Of a stretch of 64,000 nt of DNA, positions 38,776 to 48,645 are shown one piece after another. A program made the translations under genes and the position numbers. The notes under the pieces were generated by a model. That model saw only the letters and a list, made by a program, of their open reading frames with translations, was not told where the DNA came from and ran no database searches. Location of the stretch: positions 960,001-1,024,000 of the forward strand of contig CAVXGR010000018.1 in the NCBI GenBank assembly GCA_963761335.1. Reading direction: 5' to 3'. The DNA comes from an uncultured delta proteobacterium. Lineage in GTDB: Bacteria; Desulfobacterota; Binatia; HRBIN30; BPIQ01. Every line of letters begins with the position of its first letter. Positions within the stretch are counted from its first letter, which is position 1.

Positions 38776-39794
38776 CAGTGCGTCATGAGCCTGCGGCTCA
38801 CCAACAGACGATGAAAATGGACGGCGTCCTGATTCACCGATCAGACGCTTGCGATGATACTTCCGCGACGCGGGGGCGGGTCTCCTCTCCCCGCATCTTT
38901 CCGCGGGGAGAGGATCAAGGTGAGGGGTTCCTCTCACTGAAAGCTGGTGAATCTCGCCCTGACCCTCTCCCGCCAAGTAATGCGGGAGAGGGAACGCGCC
39001 CCCGAAGCGCACACCCAACAGATTTTCGAAGCAGTGCGTCATGAGCCTTGCGGCTCGCCAGTAGACGATGAAAATGAGGGCGGGGTTCTCACCCGGGAAA
39101 AGATTTGGCGGTTCTGGCATGGGCGAAGTTCGCCCCGGAGGGGCGGCGGCGTGTAGCCCCGGGTGAAACCCGGGGAAAAGTGCGCGGTGCGTCATAGGCG
39201 CCCCGCCAGGGGCGCGGGCAAGTTTTCGTCGACGTCACGCCCGTACGCCGATAATCACCACTGGGTGCGTGGGAAGCTCATCAACGTGATTCACGCGGCC
39301 TCTACGCCTGCGCCCCTCCGGGGCGCTGATCTGGGCCAATCGGAACGCGGTCCCCGGGTTGGCACCCGGGGCTACATGCCCGCGCCCCTCCGGGGCGATA
39401 ATCTCCACGCCAAGCCCCGGGGCTCCGCCAGACCTTCCGGGGCGATAAGCTCCACACCAAGCGCCGGGGCTGCGCCAGACCTTCACCCAATAGATTTTCG
39501 AAGCAGTGCCTCATGAGCCTTGCGGCTCGCCAGTAGACGATGAAAATGGACGGCGTCCTGATTCACCGATCAGACGCTTGCGATGATACTTCCGCGCCGC
39601 GGGGGGGGTCTCCTCTCCCCGCATCTTTCTGCGGGGAGAGGATCAAGGTGAGGGGTTCCTGTCTCACTGAAAGCTCGTGAATCTCCACGGCCTTCACAGA
39701 GATCGGCACCCTCACCCTGACCCTCTTCCCCGCCGAGTAATGCGGGAGAGGGAACGCGCCCCCGAAGCGCACACCCAACAGATTTTCGAAGCAG
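38776..39794. repeat. Tandem array of three composite repeat units with shared ends and hairpin cargo
   Basis: Units 38776-39034, 39032-39506 and 39504-39794, each CAGTGC(G/C)TCATGAGCC...GATGAAAAT [cargo] CACCCAA(C/T)AGATTTTCGAAGCAG. Confidence 0.85.
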
Positions 39795-39905
39795 GCACCT
39801 TTTCGGCAGCGGAGGCCGAGGGCCTCAATGAAGCACCGTTGCGCCGAAAAGGAGCCAGTCCCCTTGTGGCTCCTCAACCGACCGGCATTAGGGCAAGCCC
39901 TGCCG

Positions 39906-40298
39906 CTACGAGTGCAGCATTTGGTGCAGCATCAGCCCGGCGTACCGCAGGTGGTAGAGCAGGACGAAGTAGTACGCCAGGAAGACGGCAAAGATGCCGA
40001 TGACGGCGAGTGGCCGCTGCCGAGAGCGCCACAACAGATAGGATCCGAGGCCGACGAGCGCCAGCTTCACGGCGACGAACGACACGGGATGGCCGTACAC
40101 CAAGGAGCGCATGAGCACGTTGCCTTCCCGCGCCAAGCCGTGGTCCACCCACAGCAGGGTGAAGAGGGCGTCGCTGAGGTTCAGCGCCAGAACCGCGAAG
40201 ATCAACCAGCGCAGCCATCGGTAGTGCTGCGGTTCGCCGATGGGTAGGCGCGAGCGCGTATGCGGACGGCGCAGGTGCGAATCGTCGGCGTCGATCAT
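39906..40298 (-). CDS. Small membrane protein, DUF5658-like
   Basis: NLSDALFT...EGNVLM...FVAVK pattern; 3-4 TM segments. Confidence 0.65.
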   Translation of the reverse strand: MIDADDSHLRRPHTRSRLPIGEPQHYRWLRWLIFAVLALNLSDALFTLLWVDHGLAREGNVLMRSLVYGHPVSFVAVKLALVGLGSYLLWRSRQRPLAVIGIFAVFLAYYFVLLYHLRYAGLMLHQMLHS

Positions 40299-40497
40299 GC
40301 AGAGTTCATTCCTGAAATCGTCGAACCCCGGCAGCTTACCACGGCAGTTGCGGCTGCCTAGTCCTTTCGAGGGCTTACATGCACAAGTTGCAAGCCGCGC
40401 CGCAGCCTGCGCGCCTCCCGGCGAGCCAGCGGACGCATTTCGATGGCACAGGTGATGCACCATCGCCCGGCATATCTTCGATGGAAAGGAGCGTCAC

Positions 40498-40707
40498 ATG
40501 AGTCACGACAGCAGTCATCCACATGAGCATGGCGAATCCCACGGCGGCAAGAGCTATCAGGAGGAGGCCAGCGAGTTTGCCGGCTCGGAGGAGTCGAGAG
40601 TGGCGGCGCGGGAGGCTCGTCGCGCCATCGACAGCCCGGAAGCGAAAGAGATGAAGAAGGCGGAGAAGGTCGGCAAGTCGAAGGCGAGGAACGTCAACGA
40701 GAGCTGA
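40498..40707 (+). CDS. Small hydrophilic hypothetical protein (69 aa, His-rich N-terminus)
   Basis: AAAGGAG RBS; coding-like codon use. Confidence 0.6.
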   Translation: MSHDSSHPHEHGESHGGKSYQEEASEFAGSEESRVAAREARRAIDSPEAKEMKKAEKVGKSKARNVNES

Positions 40708-40910
40708 GCGGGCCAGATCCGCCACGGTTATGCGAGCGATTGACAACGATGAGCCTTGGCGCTTGCTGCGGGCGTGGGTTCCCTCTCCCGCATTGCCTGC
40801 GGGAGAGGAACAGGGTGAGGGCGCCGACCCTCTTTGAAGGCGGCGAAAACTCATGAGCTTTCAGTGAGGAAGGGACGCCCTCACCTCAATCCTCTACCCA
40901 CGCCCCGATC

Positions 40911-41339
40911 TCAGCTGCGGCGGAACTTCACCAAGGTGATCTCGTCGTTCACCGGCACGAAGACCGCTTCCACCGGCAGGTCGGCGCGAATCTCCTCGGG
41001 AGGGCAGTCGAGAATCTGGCTGACGAAGTGGATGCCCTCCTCGAGGAGCACGTCGACGACGTTGTAGGGAAGGCTCGGCGCGAAGGCGGGCAGGGTCGGG
41101 CCGTGAACCACAGTCCAGGTGTAGACGCGTCCCCGGCCGCTGGCGCTCTCCCAGGAGAATTCGCGCGACAGACAGCGGGAACAGGCCGGGCGAGGGTAGT
41201 GCCGGAAGGCGCCGCAGGCCTTGCACTTCTGGAAGCGCAGCTCGCCGCGGCGTGCCGCCTCATAGAACGGCGCATTGTCCGCGGTCGGCTGCGGTAGGGG
41301 AAAGCCTTCGGCGGTCCGGGCCTCTGGCGGTTGGCTCAT
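40911..41339 (-). CDS. DUF35 Zn-ribbon/OB-fold protein (thiolase partner)
   Basis: CKAC...YPRPACSRC, GRGRVYTWTVV. Confidence 0.88.
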   Translation of the reverse strand: MSQPPEARTAEGFPLPQPTADNAPFYEAARRGELRFQKCKACGAFRHYPRPACSRCLSREFSWESASGRGRVYTWTVVHGPTLPAFAPSLPYNVVDVLLEEGIHFVSQILDCPPEEIRADLPVEAVFVPVNDEITLVKFRRS

Positions 41340-41349
41340 TCTCTCTCCC

Positions 41350-42537
41350 TCACGGCGCCCTCAGGATCACGGCCCCGGTGGGATCGGTGTTGCCGCCGGC
41401 GACGAAGGCCAGCTGACAGCCGGCGACCTGTGACGTCGAGGTGCCGCGGATCTGGCGCACGGCCTCGGCGGTGTTGTTGAAGCCGTGGATGAATGCCTCG
41501 GAGAGCTGGCCGCCGTTGGTGTTGCAGACCAGGCGACCCTCCGGCCATTCGAGGCCGCCGCTCTCGACGAAAGGGCCCCCCTGGCCGCGCGGCGCGAAGC
41601 CGTACTGCTCGAGGGCGATGATCACCATCGAGGTGAAAAAGTCATAGAAGAAGGCGACGTCGATGTCGGCAGGCGCGCACTCCGCCATCTCGAACAGCTG
41701 TCGCGCCACGCGCGGCGCCGATTCCTCTTCGAAGCCGCGCGAGAAGAGGTTCGAGAGGCGGATATGGTGGGAGCCCGCGGCCATGGCGCCGGCGCGGATG
41801 ATCGCCGGGCGCTGGCGCAGATCTCGGGCCCGCTCGACCGAGGTGACGATCAGGGCGACGGCTCCGTCGGTCTCGATGTTGCAGTCGTAGAGGCGCAGCG
41901 GCTCGGAGACCATGCGCGAGGAGTGGTGATCGGCGCGCGTCATCGGCGCGCGCATGACCGCTTGGGGGTTCCGGAGGGCGTGATTGCGGAAGGCGATGGC
42001 GACGTCGGCGTACTGGTCGTCGGTGGTGCCGAACTCGATGCGATGGCGCATGCTGATCATCGCCATCTCCTGGAAGGCGCTCACCAGTCCGTGGGGGATG
42101 TGCCACTGGTTGAGGCCGGGCAGGGAGGTGCCGACCTTCTCCCAGTAACGGCCGCCCTGCTTGGGATCTCGGCCGTAGCTCGATCCCTTGCCCCGCGCTC
42201 GCGATCGGTACACCAGCACCGTGTGGGCCAGGCCGCTGGCGATCGCGGAGGCGGCCACCACGAGCACCGAGGCGGAGCCGCCGCCGCCGAAGGATGTGCC
42301 GCTGAAATAGCGCAGGAGCGGCGTGCCGAGCACCGCCAGCAGCTGCTCCTCGTCGACCTGCTCCATGTCGTAGCGCACCACGCCGTCGATGTCGCGCGGC
42401 GAGAGGCCGGCGTCCTCGCAGGCGCTCCAGATGGCCTCGACTGCCATCTCGTACTCGGACATGCCGAGCGATTTCGCGAAGCGCGTCTGGCCGATGCCGG
42501 CGATGGCCGACTTGTCGCGGATGCTGGGCTCAGGCAT
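41350..42537 (-). CDS. SCP2-thiolase-like / lipid-transfer protein (Ltp2-like)
   Basis: AIAGIGQT, PLRLYDC..ETDG, YDFFT, NTNGGQLSEA. Confidence 0.85.
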   Translation of the reverse strand: MPEPSIRDKSAIAGIGQTRFAKSLGMSEYEMAVEAIWSACEDAGLSPRDIDGVVRYDMEQVDEEQLLAVLGTPLLRYFSGTSFGGGGSASVLVVAASAIASGLAHTVLVYRSRARGKGSSYGRDPKQGGRYWEKVGTSLPGLNQWHIPHGLVSAFQEMAMISMRHRIEFGTTDDQYADVAIAFRNHALRNPQAVMRAPMTRADHHSSRMVSEPLRLYDCNIETDGAVALIVTSVERARDLRQRPAIIRAGAMAAGSHHIRLSNLFSRGFEEESAPRVARQLFEMAECAPADIDVAFFYDFFTSMVIIALEQYGFAPRGQGGPFVESGGLEWPEGRLVCNTNGGQLSEAFIHGFNNTAEAVRQIRGTSTSQVAGCQLAFVAGGNTDPTGAVILRAP

Positions 42538-43579
42538 GTTGCAGTGCCTTGCTGAGCAGAGATGAGCGACCGATCGCCTCGAGCTCTTCGGGATGGAAGA
42601 GACGGCTCTCGACGCCGGCGCGCGGCGCCGCTCGAGCGCGGCGCCGCAGCTCCGCACTGCTGACGATCTCGCGCACCACGCGGACGTGGAAATCGCGGTG
42701 CAGGATCGCGTGGCGAAAAGTCGGCGGCCCCACCTCTGCCGCTGCCGCGGATTGCCGGCCGCCCTGGCCGGCGGGGGCGCCGCTGTCGACCCATGTGGGC
42801 GGCAGCCACAGGTGGGGGAGATAGGGGAAGGCGCCGCGCTCGAGGAGCAAACGCCCGCCGGCGTCGCTGAGCACATGGACCTGCAGGTCGAAGCGCTCCG
42901 GCCGCCGCCGCGGCCGCGCCGGCGGGTGGAGCGCTACCTCGTCGTGGAGGTTGGCTTCGCAGACACTCCGCAGTGGGCACTCCCCGCAGCGAGGCGCGCG
43001 CGGCGTGCAGATGGTCTCGCCGAGCTCCATCAGTGCCTCGTTCCAGTCTCCTGGGCGGTCCGTGGCGAGCAGCCGCACGGCGACGGAGCGCTGCGGCTCG
43101 CCGCGGGAATCGGCGGCCGGCAGACGGTCGAGCCGCGAAAGCACACGGGCGACGTTGGCGTCCACCGCGGCGTGCGGCTGCCCGTCGGCGATGGAGAGAA
43201 CTGCCGCGGCGATGTACGGCCCGACCCCCGGCAGGGTCAGGGCGGCGTCGAGGTCGCGCGGGAAGCGGCTCTCGCCGCGCTCGCGGAGGAGGCGCGCGGC
43301 ACGGTGCAGGGCGCGCGCCCGCGAGTAGTAGCCGAGACCCGACCACAGCGACAGGACGCGCTCCTCGTCCGCCGCCGCCAAGCGGCGGAGCGTCGGTAGG
43401 TGGCGCAGGAAGCGGCGGTAGGCGGGGACAACTACCTCGACGCGCGTCTGCTGCAGCATGACCTCGGCGACCCAGACGCGGTACGGATCGCGATCCCGAC
43501 GCCACGGCAGCGGCCGCCGGTGGCGGTCGTACCAGGCGAGCAGGCGCCGGCGGACGGCGCGCCGTCGGGAAGGATTCAC
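42530..43579 (-). CDS. mutY: A/G-specific adenine glycosylase
   Basis: LPWR, EVMLQQT, WSGLGYYSRA, LPGVGPY, VDANV, C-x6-C-x2-C-x5-C FeS motif. Confidence 0.9.
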   Translation of the reverse strand: MNPSRRRAVRRRLLAWYDRHRRPLPWRRDRDPYRVWVAEVMLQQTRVEVVVPAYRRFLRHLPTLRRLAAADEERVLSLWSGLGYYSRARALHRAARLLRERGESRFPRDLDAALTLPGVGPYIAAAVLSIADGQPHAAVDANVARVLSRLDRLPAADSRGEPQRSVAVRLLATDRPGDWNEALMELGETICTPRAPRCGECPLRSVCEANLHDEVALHPPARPRRRPERFDLQVHVLSDAGGRLLLERGAFPYLPHLWLPPTWVDSGAPAGQGGRQSAAAAEVGPPTFRHAILHRDFHVRVVREIVSSAELRRRARAAPRAGVESRLFHPEELEAIGRSSLLSKALQHA

Positions 43580-44883
43580 TCCGGCTGCGTGCTGTAGACG
43601 CTGGCGAGCTGCTCGAGGACGTCCTTGGTGGTGACCGGGCGCGATCCGCCGGCGATGGGCGGTTTCCCTCCCTGGCTCTTCATCGAGAGGTCGACGCCGA
43701 CGGCCTCGGCGCGCAGCGCCGCGGCCGTGCACTGCTGCCGGGGCCGGTGCGCGAAGGCGTCGAGCCGGAAGAAGCGCAGGGCGTTCTCGTGAGTGATCTT
43801 TGCCACCTCGTCGTCGGGAACGCCGTCGAGGCTGCGCGCCAGCGTCTCCGGCGAGTGCGGCCAGGTGGTGTCCGAGTGCGGGTAGTCGCACTCCCAGGTG
43901 ATGGTATCGACGCCCACGGCGTCGCGGTTTCTCACGCCCACCGGATCGTCGATGAAGCAGGTGACGACGTGCTCGCGCCACACCTGGCTGGGCTTCTTGC
44001 CGGCGAAATCCTGATGCGTCCACGCCTTGTGATGCTCGTGCACGTAGTCGGCGCGCTCGAGAAAGTAGGGAATCCAGCCGATCCCTCCCTCGGACAGGGC
44101 GATGCGCAGCCCCGGGAAGTCCTTGAGCACGCGCGACCAGAGCAGGTCGGCGGCACAGTTGACGCTGGCGATCGGCTGCACCGTGATCATGACGTCGACC
44201 GGTGCTTCCATCGAGGTGAACTTCATCCCCGCGCCCGAGCCGATGTGGATGCACACCACCGTGCCCTCGTCGGAGCAGGCCTTCCACAGAGGATCCCAGT
44301 GGGGATTGTGCAGGCTCGGCTGCCCGAGGGCCTCGGGGTTCTCGGTGAAGCTGATGGCGTGACAGCCCTTGGCGGAGACGCGGCGCACTTCATCGGCGCA
44401 CAGCTGCGGATCCCACAGCGGCAGCAGGGCGAGAGGAATGAAGCGGCCCGGATGGGAGCCGCACCACTCGTCGATGTGCCAGTCGTTGTAGGCCTGCAGC
44501 ACGACGCGGGCGAGATCCTTGTCGGACTGGCGCAGAAAGAGGGCGCCGCAGAGCCCGGGGAAGGACGGGAAGCACATCGAGGCGAGCACGCCGTTGGCGT
44601 TCATGTCGCGAATGCGGTGCTGCACGTCATACGTGCCGGGACGGAGCTGCGCGAAGGAGGTCGGCTCCATGCCGTACTCCTCCGGCGGGCGGCCGACGAC
44701 GGCGTTGAGGCCGATGTTGACGATCTGCTCGCCCTGGAAGACCCAGACGTCGCTGCCGTCCTTCTTGTGCACCACGCGCGGCGCCTGTGATTTGTACTGT
44801 GGCGGCAGGTGCTGCTCGAACATGTTCGCAGGCTCGACGACGTGGTCGTCGACGCTCACCAGAATCAGCTCTTCGGGGCGCAT
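43576..44883 (-). CDS. Amidohydrolase_2 family protein
   Basis: SVDDHVVEP, AYNDW, SEGGIGW, DYPHSD. Confidence 0.88.
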   Translation of the reverse strand: MRPEELILVSVDDHVVEPANMFEQHLPPQYKSQAPRVVHKKDGSDVWVFQGEQIVNIGLNAVVGRPPEEYGMEPTSFAQLRPGTYDVQHRIRDMNANGVLASMCFPSFPGLCGALFLRQSDKDLARVVLQAYNDWHIDEWCGSHPGRFIPLALLPLWDPQLCADEVRRVSAKGCHAISFTENPEALGQPSLHNPHWDPLWKACSDEGTVVCIHIGSGAGMKFTSMEAPVDVMITVQPIASVNCAADLLWSRVLKDFPGLRIALSEGGIGWIPYFLERADYVHEHHKAWTHQDFAGKKPSQVWREHVVTCFIDDPVGVRNRDAVGVDTITWECDYPHSDTTWPHSPETLARSLDGVPDDEVAKITHENALRFFRLDAFAHRPRQQCTAAALRAEAVGVDLSMKSQGGKPPIAGGSRPVTTKDVLEQLASVYSTQPE

Positions 44884-44976
44884 CGCGTCTCTCCTCCGGC
44901 GGCTTCGCTGCAACCCTAGCGCAGGCGGGTGGCGGGGTGCAATGAAAGTGGCTCGGCGGCTCGGTGGCCGGGTGGG

Positions 44977-45744
44977 TCAGAGGCCGTAGCGTTGCTTCAG
45001 GCGGCGCATGCCGGCGATCCAGCGGTCGTGATCCGCGGCCTTGCGCTGCACGTACTCGCGGACCTGCGGATGGGGCAGAATGAGAAAGCGCTCGGCATCC
45101 AGACCGGCAATCACCACATCGGCGACCTGCTGCGGCTCCAGCATGCCGTCCACGCCGGCGACGCTGCCGTCGGCCGTGTCTGCCGTCATGTTGGTGCGCA
45201 CCGCTTGCGGGCAGAGCACGGAAACCTTGATGCCCTCGTCCCCGTGCGCGATGGCGAGGTACTCCGCCAGGGCGACGGCAGCGTGCTTGGTGACACTGTA
45301 GGGGGCCGAGCCGATCTGGCTGAGAAGCCCGGCCGCGGAGGCGGTGTGCAGCAGATATCCGCCCCGCCGCGCGATCATGCCCGGGAGGACCGCCCTGGCT
45401 GCGTAGACGTGGGCCATGACGTTGACGTTCCAGATCTTCTGCCACTGGTCGTTCGGGCACTCGACGCCGCCGAGAACGAGAATGCCGGCATTGGAGCAGA
45501 ACAGGTCGATGCGGCCGAAGCGAGCCTCTGTCTCGCGCACCACGGCGATGACGTCAGCCTCGGAACCGACGTCGGCGCGCTTGCCGATACCGCCGATCTC
45601 TGCCGCGACGGCGGCCGCCCCATCGCCGTCGAGATCCACGGCGACCACGGCCGTCGCTCCCTCCGCCGCAAAGCGCCGCGCCATGGCGCGACCGATTCCC
45701 GTCGCCGCGCCGGTCACCACCGCTATCTTGCCGTCGAGCTTCAT
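44977..45744 (-). CDS. SDR family oxidoreductase
   Basis: TGAATGIG, SNAG, YSVTK. Confidence 0.88.
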   Translation of the reverse strand: MKLDGKIAVVTGAATGIGRAMARRFAAEGATAVVAVDLDGDGAAAVAAEIGGIGKRADVGSEADVIAVVRETEARFGRIDLFCSNAGILVLGGVECPNDQWQKIWNVNVMAHVYAARAVLPGMIARRGGYLLHTASAAGLLSQIGSAPYSVTKHAAVALAEYLAIAHGDEGIKVSVLCPQAVRTNMTADTADGSVAGVDGMLEPQQVADVVIAGLDAERFLILPHPQVREYVQRKAADHDRWIAGMRRLKQRYGL

Positions 45745-45878
45745 GGCGTCGAATGCTACGCCCGCAGCGACCAGAAGCACAACCGCTCGCCAACCCCGAT
45801 CCACCGATCCACCGAGCCACCGAGCCACCGAGCCACTACCCTTGACTGCCGCCGGACGGGTGGCGTAGCAGGACGGCG

Positions 45879-46952
45879 ATGACCGAGTTCGTCGATGCCG
45901 ATGCGCACGTGGCCGAGGGCCGGGAGCTGATCGGCGAATGCCTGCGGCGCTGGCCGGAGAGCTTTCGCTTTGCGCCCGGCGAGGAGCTGTCGCTGCGCAT
46001 CGAGGGCCGGCGCTATCCGGAGCCGGAGGGTCCGGGGGCCGGCTGCCCGGCGGTGCACGGCCTGAGCCGCGCCGAGGGGATCAACCCGTTCACCGCCGAA
46101 GGCGTGCTCGCCGACGCGGATCGAGATGGCATCGAGCAGATGGTCTTCTTTCCGAGCTTCGGGCTCTGCGCGCCGAGCATCGCCGATCGCGGCATCGCCG
46201 CCGGCTTTGCGCGCCTCTATAACGAGTGGATGGCGGACTGGTGCCGCCGCGGCAACGGTCGCTTCCACGGGGTCGCCGTGCTGCCGGTCGAGCAGGTCGA
46301 GGACGCCATCGACGTCCTGCGCGAGGGGCGCAAGCAGGGGCTGGTCGCCGGCATGATCCCGCCGGCGTTGAAGAGCCGCAATCTCGACCACGCCGATCTC
46401 GATCCTCTCTACGCGGCTGCGGTGGAGCTCGACGTGCCGCTCGCCGTGCACGGCGCTCCCGGCATTCATCTCCCCAAGATCGGCGTCGACCGCTTCGACA
46501 ACTACATCCAGGTGCACTGCATCAGCTTTCCGTTCGACCAGATGACGGCGATGACGGCGCTGGTGTCGGGCGGCGTCTTCGACCGCCACCCCCGCCTGCG
46601 CGTCGGCTTCCTGGAGGCGGGCGTGGGATGGGTGCCGTACTTCATCGACCGCATGCACGAGCACTACGAGAAGCGCGGCGACTGGATCCCGGGCGGCTGG
46701 AAGCGCGATCCGCGCGCCTACATTGATGCGGGTAACATCTGGGTCAGCTGTGAGCCCGAGGAGCCGATACTGGCGGCCGTGTGCCAGATCCTCGGCTCCG
46801 ACTTCATCATGTACGCCAGCGACTACCCGCACTGGGACGGAGAGTGGCCGCACAGCACCCGTCCCCTGCGACAGCGGGCCGATATCGACGAGGATACCCG
46901 CGCCCGAATCGCCGGCGGCAACGCCCGGCGGTTCTACCGCTTGCCGGAGTAG
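45879..46952 (+). CDS. Amidohydrolase_2 family protein
   Basis: DADAH, YNEW, LEAGVGW, SDYPHWD. Confidence 0.88.
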   Translation: MTEFVDADAHVAEGRELIGECLRRWPESFRFAPGEELSLRIEGRRYPEPEGPGAGCPAVHGLSRAEGINPFTAEGVLADADRDGIEQMVFFPSFGLCAPSIADRGIAAGFARLYNEWMADWCRRGNGRFHGVAVLPVEQVEDAIDVLREGRKQGLVAGMIPPALKSRNLDHADLDPLYAAAVELDVPLAVHGAPGIHLPKIGVDRFDNYIQVHCISFPFDQMTAMTALVSGGVFDRHPRLRVGFLEAGVGWVPYFIDRMHEHYEKRGDWIPGGWKRDPRAYIDAGNIWVSCEPEEPILAAVCQILGSDFIMYASDYPHWDGEWPHSTRPLRQRADIDEDTRARIAGGNARRFYRLPE

Positions 46953-47045
46953 CGGCGCCGGCGCGTTGCAGCAGTCTTCCCTCCACGAACCCGCCTTGAC
47001 GGGCAAACCTCAGCTGGCATACCTCCGGTAACGGAGGAGAGCGCG

Positions 47046-48521
47046 ATGGCAGACGGAGCAACGGTCACCGGAGAGCGGCGCAACCTGATCGATGGCAAGC
47101 TGCGCGAGGCGAGCAACGGCCGGACCTTCGAGAACATCAACCCGGCGACCGAGGAGGTCCTGGGCGTGTGTGCCGACGGCAGCCGCGAAGACATGGACGC
47201 CGCCATCGCCGCGGCGCGCCGCGCTTTCGACGACAGCGGCTGGGCCACCGACCACGCCTTCCGGCAGAAGTGTCTCGGCCAGCTGCACCAGGCGCTGGTC
47301 GGGGCTCGCGAGGAGCTGCGGGCGCTGGTGGTTGCCGAGGCGGGCTCGCCGATCGTGCTCACCTACGGACCGCAGTGCGACACCTACATCGATCAGCTGC
47401 CGTACTGGGCGGATCTCGCCGGCTCGTACACCTACGAGGAGCCGATGGCCGCGACCCAGTTCATGGGGATGCCACAGCGGCGCCTTCTGCGGCGCGAGGC
47501 CTGCGGCGTCGTCGGCGCCATCACGCCCTGGAACTTCCCGCTCTACCTGAACCTCTGCAAGATCGCCCCTGCCCTGGCGGCTGGCAACACCGTGGTGCTC
47601 AAGCCGGCGCCGGACACGCCATGGTGTGGCACCGTGCTCGGGAGGTTGATCGCCGAGAAGACCGAGATCCCCGCTGGCGTGGTCAACATCGTCGCCTCCT
47701 CCGATCACAAGATCGGCGAGATGCTCGCCAGTGACCCGCGCGTCGACCTGGTGACCTTCACCGGCTCCACCGCCACCGGGCGCCGGGTGATGGAGTGTGC
47801 CTCGGCCACGGTGAAGAAGGTATTCCTCGAGCTCGGGGGGAAATCGGCCAATATCTTCCTCGACGATGCCGATCCGGCGGCGCTCCCCACCAGCGTCATG
47901 TCGATCTGCGCCCATGCCGGGCAGGGATGCGCCATCACCACCCGGCTGCTGCTGCCGCGCTCCCTGTACGAGGCGGGCATCGAGGCGGCGAAGGCGGCCC
48001 TGGCTGGGGTCGGCTACGGCGATCCCACCAACCCCGCGAATCTGCAGGGTCCGCAGATCAGCCGGCGCCAGCAGCAGCGGGTGCTCGCCTATATCGAGAA
48101 GGGCCGGCGCGAAGGCGCCCGCCTGGTTCTCGGCGGCGGCGTCCCGGCGCATCTGCCGCAGGGATACTATGTCGAGCCGACGATCTTCGCCGACGTGCGC
48201 CCGGACGCGACCATCGCCCAGGAGGAGATCTTCGGGCCGGTCCTCGCCATCATTCCCTTCGACGACGACGAGCACGCGGTGCGCATCGCCAACAACTCCA
48301 TCTACGGCCTCTCCGGCGCTGTGACCAGCGGCAGCGAGGAGCGTGCTCTGGCCGTGGCGCGGCGCATTCGCACCGGGACGCTGTCGGTGAACGGCGGCAT
48401 GTGGTTCGACGTCGACACCCCTTTCGGCGGCTACCGGCAGAGCGGGCTCGGCCGCGAGAACGGCCGGCAGGGATTCGAGGAGTATCTCGAGACCAAGGTG
48501 ATGGCGCTGCCCGGCGCCTGA
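47046..48521 (+). CDS. Aldehyde dehydrogenase
   Basis: PWNFP, FTGS, LELGGKS, GQGC, EEIFGP, PFGGYRQSG. Confidence 0.92.
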   Translation: MADGATVTGERRNLIDGKLREASNGRTFENINPATEEVLGVCADGSREDMDAAIAAARRAFDDSGWATDHAFRQKCLGQLHQALVGAREELRALVVAEAGSPIVLTYGPQCDTYIDQLPYWADLAGSYTYEEPMAATQFMGMPQRRLLRREACGVVGAITPWNFPLYLNLCKIAPALAAGNTVVLKPAPDTPWCGTVLGRLIAEKTEIPAGVVNIVASSDHKIGEMLASDPRVDLVTFTGSTATGRRVMECASATVKKVFLELGGKSANIFLDDADPAALPTSVMSICAHAGQGCAITTRLLLPRSLYEAGIEAAKAALAGVGYGDPTNPANLQGPQISRRQQQRVLAYIEKGRREGARLVLGGGVPAHLPQGYYVEPTIFADVRPDATIAQEEIFGPVLAIIPFDDDEHAVRIANNSIYGLSGAVTSGSEERALAVARRIRTGTLSVNGGMWFDVDTPFGGYRQSGLGRENGRQGFEEYLETKVMALPGA

Positions 48522-48645
48522 GCGGCCGGAATCCGCCGGCCCGCGGGCCCAGTAGAAGCGGCGTCTCGCCGCTTCGGAAACGCCGGACGGCGCTTCTACT
48601 TTGAAGGCGATCCGATCCGACGACTACAGAAGCGAGGGACCCGAC

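Noticed and set aside
39022..39075. Hammerhead or other known self-cleaving ribozyme in the repeat junction
   Set aside because: No CUGANGA/GAAA core arrangement found by eye on either strand; an Rfam search is needed
38776..39794. CRISPR array
   Set aside because: Constant part about 55-65 bp, inserts 200-400 bp and themselves repetitive; no cas genes
42530..44287. 585-aa extended MutY
   Set aside because: The N-terminal extension overlaps the amidohydrolase out of frame; the likely start is GTG at 43579
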